A stretch of 61,783 nucleotides of DNA from a virus (IMGVR_UViG_3300029822_000011:1-61783); one strand, 5' to 3'; positions 7,103 through 16,458 are shown, counted from the first letter of the stretch. Translations and numbers: made by a program. The notes: generated by a model not told the origin, from the letters alone.

Positions 7103-7517
7103 TGCGCCACACATCGCGTTCGTGGTGCCGGGCACGATCCAACAGGAGCGCAAGCGTCACGTTCGGCGCGGCAAGTTTCAGCGGCGCGTTGACACAAAGG
7201 AGGCCGCCGACTGGAAGACGCGCGCGGCGGCGTGGGCGCTTCAGGCGATGCAGGAGGCGGGGCTGCAACCACTGGACGGGCCGCTTGTGCTGGAGGCAAC
7301 CTGGTATCGCCCGAAGCCGCAGTCGTGGCGCAAGAGCGACAACCTCCCGCACAAGAAGCCGGACCTCGACAACTACGTGAAGCTGCTTAATGACGCCCTG
7401 AATGGCATCGTGTTCGTGGATGACGCGCGGATCGTGACGGCGTTGCTTCGCAAGCGGTTCGACGCACAGGAGCGCGTAGAGGTGAGAGTGTATGCAGCGG
7501 AGGAGGACGCGGAATGA
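7095..7517 (+). CDS. rusA: RusA-family Holliday junction resolvase
   Basis: KKPDLDNYVKLLNDALNGIVFVDDARIV signature. Confidence 0.92.
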   Translation: MTDAPHIAFVVPGTIQQERKRHVRRGKFQRRVDTKEAADWKTRAAAWALQAMQEAGLQPLDGPLVLEATWYRPKPQSWRKSDNLPHKKPDLDNYVKLLNDALNGIVFVDDARIVTALLRKRFDAQERVEVRVYAAEEDAE

Positions 7518-7675
7518 CACTCGCAATCGCGGTGCTGATCGCATTCTCGGCAGGGATCGCCATCGGTGCGTTCGTCATGGCGTGCGCGGTCGCGGCAGGG
7601 CGCTCCGACGCGGCAGCCGAGAAGAACGCGGACGCATGGGCGCAGCAGGGGCGCGAGAGGAGGTGGGTGGGGTGA
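7514..7675 (+). CDS. Small single-pass membrane protein
   Basis: MTLAIAVLIAFSAGIAIGAFVMACAVAAGRSD; ATGA overlap. Confidence 0.6.
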   Translation: MTLAIAVLIAFSAGIAIGAFVMACAVAAGRSDAAAEKNADAWAQQGRERRWVG

Positions 7676-8004
7676 GTGACTGGACAAAGATCATCGGCGC
7701 GTGGCCGGGCGACGAGACTGACGAGGAGGTTGAGGAATTCTTGAATCCACCGGACGCGCACGAGGGCATGATGACGCGGCGCGAGGTGCTGGAGGAGATA
7801 GCTGAGATCAATCGGTGGAAGAAGCCGGAAGGAGTGTATCAGCGAGCGTGGCGCAACGGGCAACTAATCACGTACGCGCTATGCCTCGGCATCATGGGCT
7901 TCATGCCGGAGCAAATGCTCAACGCCGCCCACGAACTGGCGCTGCTGATGAACACCGAACGCGGCGCATCTGCCGTGAGGCGGAGGTGGCGGCGGAGTGA
8001 GTAG
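7672..8004 (+). CDS. Hypothetical protein
   Basis: GTGA overlap, GAGGAGG RBS. Confidence 0.55.
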   Translation: MSDWTKIIGAWPGDETDEEVEEFLNPPDAHEGMMTRREVLEEIAEINRWKKPEGVYQRAWRNGQLITYALCLGIMGFMPEQMLNAAHELALLMNTERGASAVRRRWRRSE

Positions 8005-8209
8005 CGTTTCGCATCGCATCATCTTCGCTGACGTGCTGGACGGCCTGCGCTCGCTCCCGTCGGGAAGCGTCAACTGCGTGGCTACCTCGCCGCCCTACTG
8101 GGGCTTGAGGGACTATGGCAGGCTCGGGCTTCCCGAGGAGGGGACGCTGTTCGGCGACGAGGCTCTCGGGGTGGAGTTCGTGGCGCTGGAGGAAGCGGAA
8201 GTCCTGTAG
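7997..8209 (+). pseudogene. Internally deleted beta-class DNA methyltransferase remnant
   Basis: ADVLDGLRSLPSGSVNCVATSPPYWGLRDYG followed directly by a short tail; no FxGxG SAM-binding motif; 70 aa. Confidence 0.75.
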
Positions 8210-8248
8210 TGACGTGATCTGACACTGTAGCGGGAGGTGCTGTAGACG

Positions 8249-8779
8249 ATGGCAACTGACACCCTGAACCTCGATGTCCTGCACACTGACGACCAGTCCT
8301 TCGACGACTGGTATGCGGCCTACGAGGACACCGCGCAGGACCGCATCCGCGCCCGCAACATCCTCGCCGACCTCACCTGGGGCGACTGGTGCCTGTGGCA
8401 GGGATGGGCCGTCTGCGGCCTTGAGACCCTGCCCGCCGACCGGCTCCGGGAGGCCCGCAAACTCATCGTCCGGCGCGTCCGCGGCAACCGCATCCGCACG
8501 ACGCCCGCGGACCCGCTCGTACCCATCCTGCGCGAGGGCGATCTGATTACTTTCCTCGATGAGGACGAGCGGGTCCTGTGGCTCAACGTCTACGTCAACG
8601 GGCGGGACCTGGCGAAGCTCGCCGCCCGCCGCGGCTGGACGCTTGACCGCGCGCAGAGGGTCCTTCGGTCGGCCCGCGTCGTCGTCGAACACCTGCTGCC
8701 GCCGGACGCTGTCGGGCCGGAGATTGTCAATAGCCAAGCACGTTTGACAATTTTCGGGGATGTGCTATCGTGCCGCTGA
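8249..8779 (+). CDS. Putative transcription regulator with sigma region-4-like HTH
   Basis: C-terminal LDEDERVLWLNVYVNGRDLAKLAARRGWTLDRAQRVLRSAR; position between replication and packaging genes typical of late activators. Confidence 0.55.
   Translation: MATDTLNLDVLHTDDQSFDDWYAAYEDTAQDRIRARNILADLTWGDWCLWQGWAVCGLETLPADRLREARKLIVRRVRGNRIRTTPADPLVPILREGDLITFLDEDERVLWLNVYVNGRDLAKLAARRGWTLDRAQRVLRSARVVVEHLLPPDAVGPEIVNSQARLTIFGDVLSCR
8723..8771 (+). promoter_or_regulatory. sigma70-like promoter with inverted repeat over the -35
   Basis: TTGACA (8744-8749), 16 nt, TGn-TATCGT (8766-8771); ATTGTCAA (8723-8730)/TTGACAAT (8744-8751). Confidence 0.55.
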
Positions 8780-8931
8780 CCGCACCAGTGGCAGCGGCAG
8801 CAACGCCGCAACGGACGCACCAGGGCACGCAGAACTGCCCGGACCGGGGACAGGGGCGGAGGAGGGCGACACCCTCCCGCTCGCACCCTCCGCCCCTCCC
8901 CGCGGGCGCATCCGACGGAAGGTGTGGCGCC

Positions 8932-9252
8932 ATGCCGAGGAAATTCGAGGTCGATGTCGCCTACGTCCTCGACCCCAACCTGCAGATGCTGTGTCAGATC
9001 ATGGCGGGGCTTGAGGGCCTGAGCGATGGCCGCCTGCCCTACTACGTGACGGGCACCCCGGAGGAGAACGAGCTCTACCTCTCCGAGCCCCGCGCAGACG
9101 GCCGCACCGGCACCGGAGCCATGGAGATCCTCTCGGCTGCTCGGACCCGCACGTGCGACCTTTCGCTCAAGGCGAAGCGGCTCCTGCGCCAATGCGAAGC
9201 CCTCATCGAGGACGCCCTCGGCGAGTGGCGAGACCAGTGTGAGGAGGACTAG
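8932..9252 (+). CDS. Hypothetical protein
   Basis: MPRKFEVDVAYVLDPNL..., typical GC3-rich codon usage. Confidence 0.65.
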   Translation: MPRKFEVDVAYVLDPNLQMLCQIMAGLEGLSDGRLPYYVTGTPEENELYLSEPRADGRTGTGAMEILSAARTRTCDLSLKAKRLLRQCEALIEDALGEWRDQCEED

Positions 9253-9291
9253 GCCTTGACAACAATCAAGCACAATGCTATTCTCAAGGCC
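9252..9291 (+). promoter_or_regulatory. sigma70 promoter flanked by an 8-bp inverted repeat
   Basis: TTGACA (9256-9261), 17 nt, TGn-TATTCT (9279-9284); GGCCTTGA/TCAAGGCC at 9252-9259 and 9284-9291. Confidence 0.7.
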
Positions 9292-9378
9292 ACGCGTCGA
9301 CGCAACCATCGTGCCTGCTGCATGGCGGCCCTCCGCATCATCGTGGAGGGCCTCTGTCGTGTACGGAGGGCGAGCATC

Positions 9379-9645
9379 ATGCCAGCGTATCTCGGCGACC
9401 TGCTGGAGGGGCAGGCGGAGGAGCGCGATGCCCTGCTCAAGAGCGTCGGTGCCCGCCCCTGGCCGGAGACCCGCCGGGCGCTTGAGCGCGTTGCCGGCTC
9501 TCCCGCTGGCGGCTCGTTCGACACCCTCATCGTCCCGGAGGGCGGTGTTGTGGTGCGCTCAAGCGTCGCCCGCGAGGCCGAGACCGACAAGCTCGCCCGT
9601 CTGATGCAGGAGCGGCCCGGTGGCCGCCTCGGGAGTGAGGTCTGA
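9379..9645 (+). CDS. Hypothetical protein
   Basis: GGAGG upstream of ATG 9379; TGATG coupling to next gene. Confidence 0.55.
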   Translation: MPAYLGDLLEGQAEERDALLKSVGARPWPETRRALERVAGSPAGGSFDTLIVPEGGVVVRSSVAREAETDKLARLMQERPGGRLGSEV

Positions 9646-10253
9646 TGAGGACCACAAGCCCAGTGCGCGTGGCGCTGTGGATTGCCCTCGTCCTGACCGT
9701 CATCTGGGGCGCACAGGTCGTCGCGACCTCTCCGGCGGGGGCTGAGCCTGCTGAGGCCGTGGCAGCACCCACACCCGACGCACAGGCCATCCACGACCTG
9801 CGCGTGCGCAAGTGTGAGCGGCTGGTGGCCAACTACTACGCAGGCAGCGGCTTTTTGCCCTACTGCGACTACCTCGTCACCACGCATGAGCGCCTGGAGG
9901 CCGAACACGACGCACCGGGCTTCGGAGCCGCGTGGTATTACTCGCTCGTCTACGGCGCGGCCAACTTCGGCCTGCGCGTCGGGGGTGTGGCCCCTGGTAA
10001 TTGCGCCGGTCCAATGGACGTGAAGCACTACCCTTTGATCCGTGACCCGCAGAGAAACATCGACTACCACTGCCGCGAGATGCTCGGCTTCTACAAGCGC
10101 GGGATCCGCGGCAGGCGGCTGTGTGAATACGTCATGCTCCCCGCCCGCCCGCACGACTGGGGCGGGGGACGCTTCCGGCGGACAGACGAGAAGTTCCGCG
10201 CCTGCATCGAACGCGGCTACGCCGTCGGGAAGCTGCCGGGTGATGCAAAGTAA
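9645..10253 (+). CDS. Secreted/membrane-anchored protein, divergent lytic-transglycosylase-like
   Basis: Hydrophobic N-terminal signal; AGPMDV...DPQRNID resembles the GLMQ...DP..NI SLT motifs, catalytic ES not evident. Confidence 0.4.
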   Translation: MRTTSPVRVALWIALVLTVIWGAQVVATSPAGAEPAEAVAAPTPDAQAIHDLRVRKCERLVANYYAGSGFLPYCDYLVTTHERLEAEHDAPGFGAAWYYSLVYGAANFGLRVGGVAPGNCAGPMDVKHYPLIRDPQRNIDYHCREMLGFYKRGIRGRRLCEYVMLPARPHDWGGGRFRRTDEKFRACIERGYAVGKLPGDAK

Positions 10254-10313
10254 CAGCGGCCCTGCCCGCCGCGTTTGTCGCACACACCACCACCTGAGAG
10301 GAGACGCTGCCCG

Positions 10314-10706
10314 ATGGCCTGGTTCAGACCCGCAGAAGACGTAGACGCTGCCGCACTCGACGTACTCGACCGGGTGCTCGAAAAGCCCTGTCACGAGTAC
10401 CTGCGCGAGTTCGGTATCCGACTGATGTTCCGCTCCGACACCCCGAAGAACCGGGGGCAGGAGACGTGGGCTACGGCCAAGCGCGCCTCGGCCTTTGAGC
10501 GCGCCCTGCTACCGACAACCGCCTGCTACATCATCGTGAGCGCCCCGATCTGGCAGGTCCTGCGAGAGGACCAGCAGGAGGCCCTGCTCGATCACGAGCT
10601 GCGGCAGAGGCACTTCATGCGTTCAAGTGCGGCGGGGCGGAGGCGCCTGACTCTGAGTGACGGTAGCCCTTGCAGGAGGCTGAGGGACGCGGTAGCCCAT
10701 GCATGA
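10314..10706 (+). CDS. Phage putative metallopeptidase-domain protein, HExxH disrupted
   Basis: IIVSAPIWQVLREDQQEALLDHELRQRH; family normally reads HELxH. Confidence 0.55.
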   Translation: MAWFRPAEDVDAAALDVLDRVLEKPCHEYLREFGIRLMFRSDTPKNRGQETWATAKRASAFERALLPTTACYIIVSAPIWQVLREDQQEALLDHELRQRHFMRSSAAGRRRLTLSDGSPCRRLRDAVAHA

Positions 10707-11274
10707 CAACAGCTGTGGCGCAAAAACGAGGGCCGGACACCCCTGCAAGCGACCCGCTGGCTGGGGGACCGATCACGTCGGTTCGGGGCGCTGCCGGATG
10801 CACGGCGGCGCGTCGGTCAAAGGCGTTGACCATCCGAACTTCAAGCACGGTCGCCGCTCGAAGCACTGGGACCCGAACTCCGTGGTGGAGTTCGCCTCGT
10901 GGAAAGAGAGCGTCGGGCCTGCGTTTGCGCTTGAGGACGACCTGCTGTATCTCGTGTGGTTTGCCCGAGAGGGCCTCAAGCCGGACGCGACGATCACCGT
11001 CGCCACGAAAGACGGGCCGGTAGAGATCCTGCCGGACCCGCGCTACATCGCAGGCGTTGGCCTCGACCTGGCGCGGATGTGGGAAAGTATCGTCAAGCGC
11101 CACGAGGGCGAGACCATCCACGTCAAGCTCGCGCAGCCGGAGATCCTCAAGGCGTTCCGGGCGGTGGGGGAGGCTGTGGCCCGCCACGTATCTGACCCGG
11201 CGGAGGCGGCGGCAGTGGCCGCCGACGTGCAGGCCGCTTTGCAGCAGCTCGCGCTCGAGGAGGACGGCGAGTGA
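10699..11274 (+). CDS. HGGxSTG-domain protein, probable terminase small subunit
   Basis: CGAKTRAGHPC...GRCRMHGGAS; upstream of large terminase. Confidence 0.7.
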   Translation: MHDNSCGAKTRAGHPCKRPAGWGTDHVGSGRCRMHGGASVKGVDHPNFKHGRRSKHWDPNSVVEFASWKESVGPAFALEDDLLYLVWFAREGLKPDATITVATKDGPVEILPDPRYIAGVGLDLARMWESIVKRHEGETIHVKLAQPEILKAFRAVGEAVARHVSDPAEAAAVAADVQAALQQLALEEDGE

Positions 11275-11338
11275 CGGTGGCCGCTGATGTTCACGCTGCC
11301 CGCGCCGCTGGGCACCAGTCTACAGGGAGCGATGACCG

Positions 11339-11557
11339 ATGCCGTGGGCAACGGACGTGACCGCCGGCGACTTCCTGATGTGCGCGGTGCTGTTCGTCCT
11401 GGCCGTGGCCGCCTACGCCGCCTGCTGTGCCGTCGTCTACGTCGCCCGCTGGGCCTATGACGAGCGCAGGCGCCTGCGGGGGTATGTGGAGGGCTTGTGC
11501 CGATGGGTGCCGTTCAGGTCGTGCCGGAGGCTCTGCCGGCGAGGAGGACGCGCGTGA
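11339..11557 (+). CDS. Small membrane protein
   Basis: Hydrophobic stretch FLMCAVLFVLAVAAYAACCAVVYV; GTGA overlap with MTase. Confidence 0.5.
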   Translation: MPWATDVTAGDFLMCAVLFVLAVAAYAACCAVVYVARWAYDERRRLRGYVEGLCRWVPFRSCRRLCRRGGRA

Positions 11558-12372
11558 AGCCGTATTGGGCGAACGAGGAGCATGGCCTGCGCATCTACTG
11601 CGGGGACTGCCTCGAAGTGCTGCCGGAGTTGGAGGCGGCGGGGGAGAGGTTTGATCTGTGCTTGACGGACCCGCCGTATGGCGAAACGTCGCTGTCGTGG
11701 GATGAGGCAGTAGCCGGATGGCCTGCCCTGATCACTGCCGATAGCTTGTGGTGCTGCGGCTCAATGCGGTTGTTCCTCAACACCATCGAGCAGTTCGGCG
11801 GATGGCAATACGCGCAGGAGATCGTGTGGGAGAAGCACAACGGCAGTATCTTCCATGCCGACCGCTTCCGACGGGTCCACGAGTTCGTGTTGCACTTCTA
11901 CCGCGCCTCCCTGTCGTGGGCTGACGTTTACCATGAACCCGTGTTCACCATGGACGCGACGAAGCGGACGATAAACCGCAAGCAGAAGCCGCGACACACT
12001 GCGGATGTGGGTGTCTCCACCTACGCAGTTGAGGACGGCGGCCCGCGTTTGATGCGCTCGGTGTTGCAGGTGAGGTCATGTCACGGACACGCGCTTCACC
12101 CGACGCAGAAACCATTGGCCCTCATCGAGCCGCTCATCGCATACTCATGTCCACCGGGAGGCGCCGTCCTCGACCCTTTCCTCGGCTCCGGCACCACACT
12201 TGTCGCGGCCTACCGCCTCGGGCGTCACGCAACCGGCATCGAGATCAGCGAGGAATACTGCGAACTCGCGGCACGCCGCTTGGAGCAGGAACTCGCGCAG
12301 GGGCGCTTGTTCGAGCCTGCGGAGGTTGCGGCTACGCGGCAGGAGGCGTTCGCGCTGGAGGCTGCTGAGTGA
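11554..12372 (+). CDS. Orphan beta-class N6/N4 DNA methyltransferase
   Basis: GDCLEVL, TDPPYG, HPTQKP, VLDPFLGSGTT. Confidence 0.93.
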   Translation: MKPYWANEEHGLRIYCGDCLEVLPELEAAGERFDLCLTDPPYGETSLSWDEAVAGWPALITADSLWCCGSMRLFLNTIEQFGGWQYAQEIVWEKHNGSIFHADRFRRVHEFVLHFYRASLSWADVYHEPVFTMDATKRTINRKQKPRHTADVGVSTYAVEDGGPRLMRSVLQVRSCHGHALHPTQKPLALIEPLIAYSCPPGGAVLDPFLGSGTTLVAAYRLGRHATGIEISEEYCELAARRLEQELAQGRLFEPAEVAATRQEAFALEAAE

Positions 12373-12462
12373 CGGTGGCCGCGCCGCTGCCTGGGCGGCG
12401 AAGATGAAAGCCCGCGTGGCGGGCGCGACACCCGCAGAGGCCTTGGAGGCGGCAACGCAGGC

Positions 12463-12678
12463 ATGGGACAGGATTATGACGGCTACAGGGGCTTGCCCAT
12501 CAGCAGCGCCCGGCTCTGCGAACTCGAAGCCGAAGTCTGCGCCTGCGGCTCCGGCGTCGACATCAACGTCGTTCAGTTTGCCGCTCTGATGGGGCGCAAG
12601 TGGTGTCGGGGGGATCTGCACACAGACGGCTGCCAGAGGGAGGCCAGAGATCACAATGCCAAAGCCGACGCAATCTGA
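12463..12678 (+). CDS. Hypothetical Cys-rich protein
   Basis: GGAGG upstream; 71 aa. Confidence 0.45.
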   Translation: MGQDYDGYRGLPISSARLCELEAEVCACGSGVDINVVQFAALMGRKWCRGDLHTDGCQREARDHNAKADAI

Positions 12679-13228
12679 CGACGCAATCAGCTCCATCGTC
12701 GAACGCTGCAGGGCCATGGGCTTTGAGGCCCGGTGCGTGAAGTGCGGCCGGACGTTCGCGACGATCCGCCAGACGGGTGACGGGCTGCCGCTGATGCTCC
12801 GTGCCGACGGCCCGTGCTGCGCCAACTGCCGCACGGGGAAGACGATCGGCGTCGTTATCCCGCGGGCGGGCCTCGAGCCGCTCAGGACGATCCGCTGCGG
12901 AAGCACAAGGCCCCTCATCCGTCTTGCAAGCAGCGGGCAGCTGTGCATCAACCGCGCGGCCTGTGACCTCTACGGCTTCCCGCCGTCGGGGCATGTTGTC
13001 TTCGCGTGGGATGGCGAGCAGCAGCGCATCTACGTCGGCCTCGGGGGCGAACGCGATGACGGCGCCCGGCCGTTCACGCGCAAGGACTCCGGCGAGATCA
13101 TGTGCAGCGTGAAGACGATGATCCAGAAGGGCTGCGGACTCGAGATCTCAGAGGTGCGCAAGCAGGCCCCGTGGGTGCCCGAGTATGACGAGGAGACCGG
13201 TCTGCTGTTCGTGCAGCTGAAGAAGTAG
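12656..13228 (+). CDS. Hypothetical protein with zinc finger
   Basis: CVKC...CANC; GGGAGG RBS. Confidence 0.65.
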   Translation: MPKPTQSDDAISSIVERCRAMGFEARCVKCGRTFATIRQTGDGLPLMLRADGPCCANCRTGKTIGVVIPRAGLEPLRTIRCGSTRPLIRLASSGQLCINRAACDLYGFPPSGHVVFAWDGEQQRIYVGLGGERDDGARPFTRKDSGEIMCSVKTMIQKGCGLEISEVRKQAPWVPEYDEETGLLFVQLKK

Positions 13229-13236
13229 GGAGAACC

Positions 13237-15015
13237 ATGGCGACAGCGGCGGCGGCGACAACGGTCAGACAGGTGGTGGAGGAGTGCACATCAGCCTTCG
13301 CCGCCGGCATGACCGCCGTGCACCGCGCGCAGGTCCCCGTCTCCGAGTGGGCCGCACAGCATATGCGCACCGAGCGCGGCGAACCGCTCGACTTTGAGCG
13401 CTACCCGCACATGCGGCAGGTCATGGACGACCGCGCCAGCGAGAAAGGCATGATGTGCGGCTCGCAGACCGGGAAGACCACGACGTCGCTTGCCGACGTC
13501 TACCACTTCTGCGACACCCACAGGGTCACGGCCATCGTCACGATGCCGACCGCCAAGGACGTGGCGGAGTTCAGTAAGACCCGCGCCAAGCCCGCCATCC
13601 AGGCGAGCGAGTACCTCCGCGACCGCATGGGCGAGATCGACGCGGCCGAGATCAAGACCTTCCGCCACGACGGCGGACAGTCGACGATCTTCTTCCGTGG
13701 CGCCACCGTCGAAACGCAGGCCATCTCCATCCCGGCCGACCTGCTCTATCACGACGAGATCGACCGCTCCCGGCCCGATATCGTGAGCCTGTATCGCGCG
13801 CGCACCGCCGCCTCCGTGCACGATCGGCGGCTCATCTCCTCGACCCCGACGGTGCCCAAGTACGGCATACACGCCTACTGGGAGGACAGTTCGCAGACGC
13901 AGTGGCTGGTCAAGTGCCCCGTGTGCGGCGACGAACGGCCGCTGGAGTGGCCCGGCAGCATCGCCGTTGACGCCGACCCGCCGTTCTACATCTGCGGCCA
14001 CGGCCACGAACTGACGCAAGAGACGATCCGCGAGGGCCGCTGGGTGGACGCCCGCACCGGCGACTACACCTGGCGGATGTATCACACCTCTCGAATGCTC
14101 ATGGACCTGTGGCCTGCCGACCGCATCGTGAGCATCGAGCGCTCGCAGGAGTACACGGACTACCCGGAACTGTTCCACAACGACGTGCTGGGGCTGCCGA
14201 AAAGCTCCGGCGAACTGGCGATCAATGCCGACGTGCTGGCGCCGCTGATGGTCGGCTACCCGCAGTGGGAGGCGGCCCCGGAGGGTGAGGTCTGTTTCGC
14301 GGGCGTCGACCAGTCGCCGCGCGAGAACGAGCACCGGGTCATGATCGGCGGGATCGACGCCGAGGGCTGCCACAACTACGTCCACCTCGAGCGCTGCGGG
14401 TGGGAGAGGCTCCACGACCTGATGAGCCTGTTCCGGATCCAGTTCCTCGTCGTGGACGCGATGCCGGAGACCTCGCAGGCCCGCAAGCTGCGGGACGCCT
14501 TTCCCGGGCGCGTGTTTCTGGCGTGGTACGCCAACCAGCCGCTGCAGGCCGCTGACGCGCAGAGCGTCGTCATCGACAAGACGCGCCGCGAGGAGAGCGT
14601 GAAGCTCGACCGCACGGCCGTCCTCGACCGCAGTGCCCGGCGGCTCATCCTGCAGGAGGATTACTTCCCCGGGATGGACGCGCGCACGCGCGACGCGTTC
14701 ATGTCCGAGATGACCAACATGTCGCGGGCGACGGAGCTTGATGCCCACGGGCAGCCGGTGGCGAAGTGGCTGGCCGTCGGCCCGGACCACTACCGGCATA
14801 CGCACAGTTACGCGACCGTGGCCGCCGAGATGCTCGCCCGCTGGGGCGGGCGCGGCGGGACGCTGACGGGGATAGACCTGACCCCTGCGGCGATGAAGCG
14901 CGAAGTGGAGGACCCGAAGACCGGAGAGAAGCTCGTGATCCGCCCCGGCTACATCCCCATGCCCGAGGGTGTCGTCGGCGCTGGGCGGCTGATCGAGTGG
15001 CGCAAGCCCAAGTGA
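13237..15015 (+). CDS. terL: Terminase large subunit (GpA-like)
   Basis: Walker A GSQTGKT, Walker B YHDEID, ISSTPT, CPVC zinc site, nuclease motifs GVD, VVDAMP, DHYRH. Confidence 0.92.
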   Translation: MATAAAATTVRQVVEECTSAFAAGMTAVHRAQVPVSEWAAQHMRTERGEPLDFERYPHMRQVMDDRASEKGMMCGSQTGKTTTSLADVYHFCDTHRVTAIVTMPTAKDVAEFSKTRAKPAIQASEYLRDRMGEIDAAEIKTFRHDGGQSTIFFRGATVETQAISIPADLLYHDEIDRSRPDIVSLYRARTAASVHDRRLISSTPTVPKYGIHAYWEDSSQTQWLVKCPVCGDERPLEWPGSIAVDADPPFYICGHGHELTQETIREGRWVDARTGDYTWRMYHTSRMLMDLWPADRIVSIERSQEYTDYPELFHNDVLGLPKSSGELAINADVLAPLMVGYPQWEAAPEGEVCFAGVDQSPRENEHRVMIGGIDAEGCHNYVHLERCGWERLHDLMSLFRIQFLVVDAMPETSQARKLRDAFPGRVFLAWYANQPLQAADAQSVVIDKTRREESVKLDRTAVLDRSARRLILQEDYFPGMDARTRDAFMSEMTNMSRATELDAHGQPVAKWLAVGPDHYRHTHSYATVAAEMLARWGGRGGTLTGIDLTPAAMKREVEDPKTGEKLVIRPGYIPMPEGVVGAGRLIEWRKPK

Positions 15016-15052
15016 TCTCACCACCTGATGACGTGCGAGGGAGCTGCCGAGT

Positions 15053-15226
15053 ATGGCCGAAGAACCCGCCATTGTAGCAGAGGATGTAGTCGTTGACCGC
15101 GTGCGGCGGATGCTGCGCGGGAGGACCACTACCGCGAGGACAGGCTGCGCGGAGTGCGGCGGCCTGCAGGAGCATTACGCGGGGCTCGCGGAGGATATCC
15201 CGCAGGGCGGTGAGGGCAATGAGTGA
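15053..15226 (+). CDS. Hypothetical 57-aa protein
   Basis: MAEEPAIVAEDVVVDRVRRML...CAEC; overlaps next start. Confidence 0.45.
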   Translation: MAEEPAIVAEDVVVDRVRRMLRGRTTTARTGCAECGGLQEHYAGLAEDIPQGGEGNE

Positions 15227-16112
15227 GTCGTGGTATCGGGACCCGGAGTATGTCGCCTTCTGCCACGCCGCCGATATGGACGGCCTCGGCTGCGCCCTGC
15301 TGCTCCACCGGTTCACGTCAGTAGCCGAGATCCGCTTCCTCGACTACCCGGTGCCCGAGGATCTCGGCGCGGAGGGGAAGGTCGTCGTCTGCGACCTGAA
15401 CCTCGCGCCCGACAGCCCCGCCTGGCAGAACCCCGACCTCGTCGTCTTCGATCACCACGGGGCGGCTCCAGAGGGCGCGAAGGCGCGCGAGGTCGTCGCC
15501 CGCGATGGTGGCGATGCGTGCGCGACGCGGCTGCTGTTTGAGCATCTCAACGCGTGGCTCGACCGGCAGTGGCGCACGACCGGCGCGGAGTTCGTCGCGA
15601 TGATCAACGCCGGCGACCTGCACCTGACGGAGGACAGACTCTACTCGCGCTCGCGGAGTTACTCGTGGCTGCTCAACAAGGCCGGCATCGAGACTGTCTT
15701 CGCGATGGCGCGCAAGGATCCCGGCGGCTTCATCGACCTGCCGGAGGAGCTCCTGCGGGCCGTGGACATCGCTCGCAGGCGTGAGGATCTCAAGGCGTGG
15801 CAGGCGGCTATGATGCTCGCCCGCCCGCGCGAACGCGACGGCCTGAAGTTTCAGGTGACGTGGCTGCTCCCCTGCGACCGCTCAGAGGTCCTGGGGCAGC
15901 TTGCCGAGGATATGCCGCCGCCGATCGTGGGGCTGTGCCTGGACGCCATCAGCGACACCGTGCAGATCACGGCGTCGGTACGAGACCCTCGTGGCGGCGC
16001 TCGCGCTCTGGCGGAGGCCTTTGGCGGAGGTGGCCACCGCAACGCGGCGGGATTCACGATCCCGCTTGACCAGGCGCTGGCACTGTGGCAGGGCGATGAT
16101 CCCGATGAGTGA
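15219..16112 (+). CDS. DHH/DHHA1 family phosphoesterase
   Basis: HAADMDG, VCDL, FDHH, GGGGHRNAAG motifs. Confidence 0.9.
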   Translation: MSESWYRDPEYVAFCHAADMDGLGCALLLHRFTSVAEIRFLDYPVPEDLGAEGKVVVCDLNLAPDSPAWQNPDLVVFDHHGAAPEGAKAREVVARDGGDACATRLLFEHLNAWLDRQWRTTGAEFVAMINAGDLHLTEDRLYSRSRSYSWLLNKAGIETVFAMARKDPGGFIDLPEELLRAVDIARRREDLKAWQAAMMLARPRERDGLKFQVTWLLPCDRSEVLGQLAEDMPPPIVGLCLDAISDTVQITASVRDPRGGARALAEAFGGGGHRNAAGFTIPLDQALALWQGDDPDE

Positions 16113-16458
16113 GTGGCGCAACGAGGTCGGCCCGGAGATCACTGCACTCATCGAATGGCTTGCGTACGCACGCGCAGCGTGTGCCGTTCGATGCGAAGGC
16201 AACGAAGTGCGTGTACGCATCGACCTGCCCGTGCGCATCGTCATGCGCCGGACGGACGATATGGGGCTCTGCGACGGCGACTTCGACGACAACGTTGACC
16301 TGCTGTACGTCAACGAAGGCGACCTCGAGGAGGGGGCGCTTGCAGTCCTGCAGGTTCGTGATGAACAGGGGGAGTGGGCGAACACCCAGCACGTACTATA
16401 CCGCGATGAGATCGACTATGACGAGGACATGTCGGAGGGCGGTGGGGACGATGAGTGA
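16105..16458 (+). CDS. Hypothetical acidic protein
   Basis: Translationally coupled on both sides. Confidence 0.6.
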   Translation: MSEWRNEVGPEITALIEWLAYARAACAVRCEGNEVRVRIDLPVRIVMRRTDDMGLCDGDFDDNVDLLYVNEGDLEEGALAVLQVRDEQGEWANTQHVLYRDEIDYDEDMSEGGGDDE

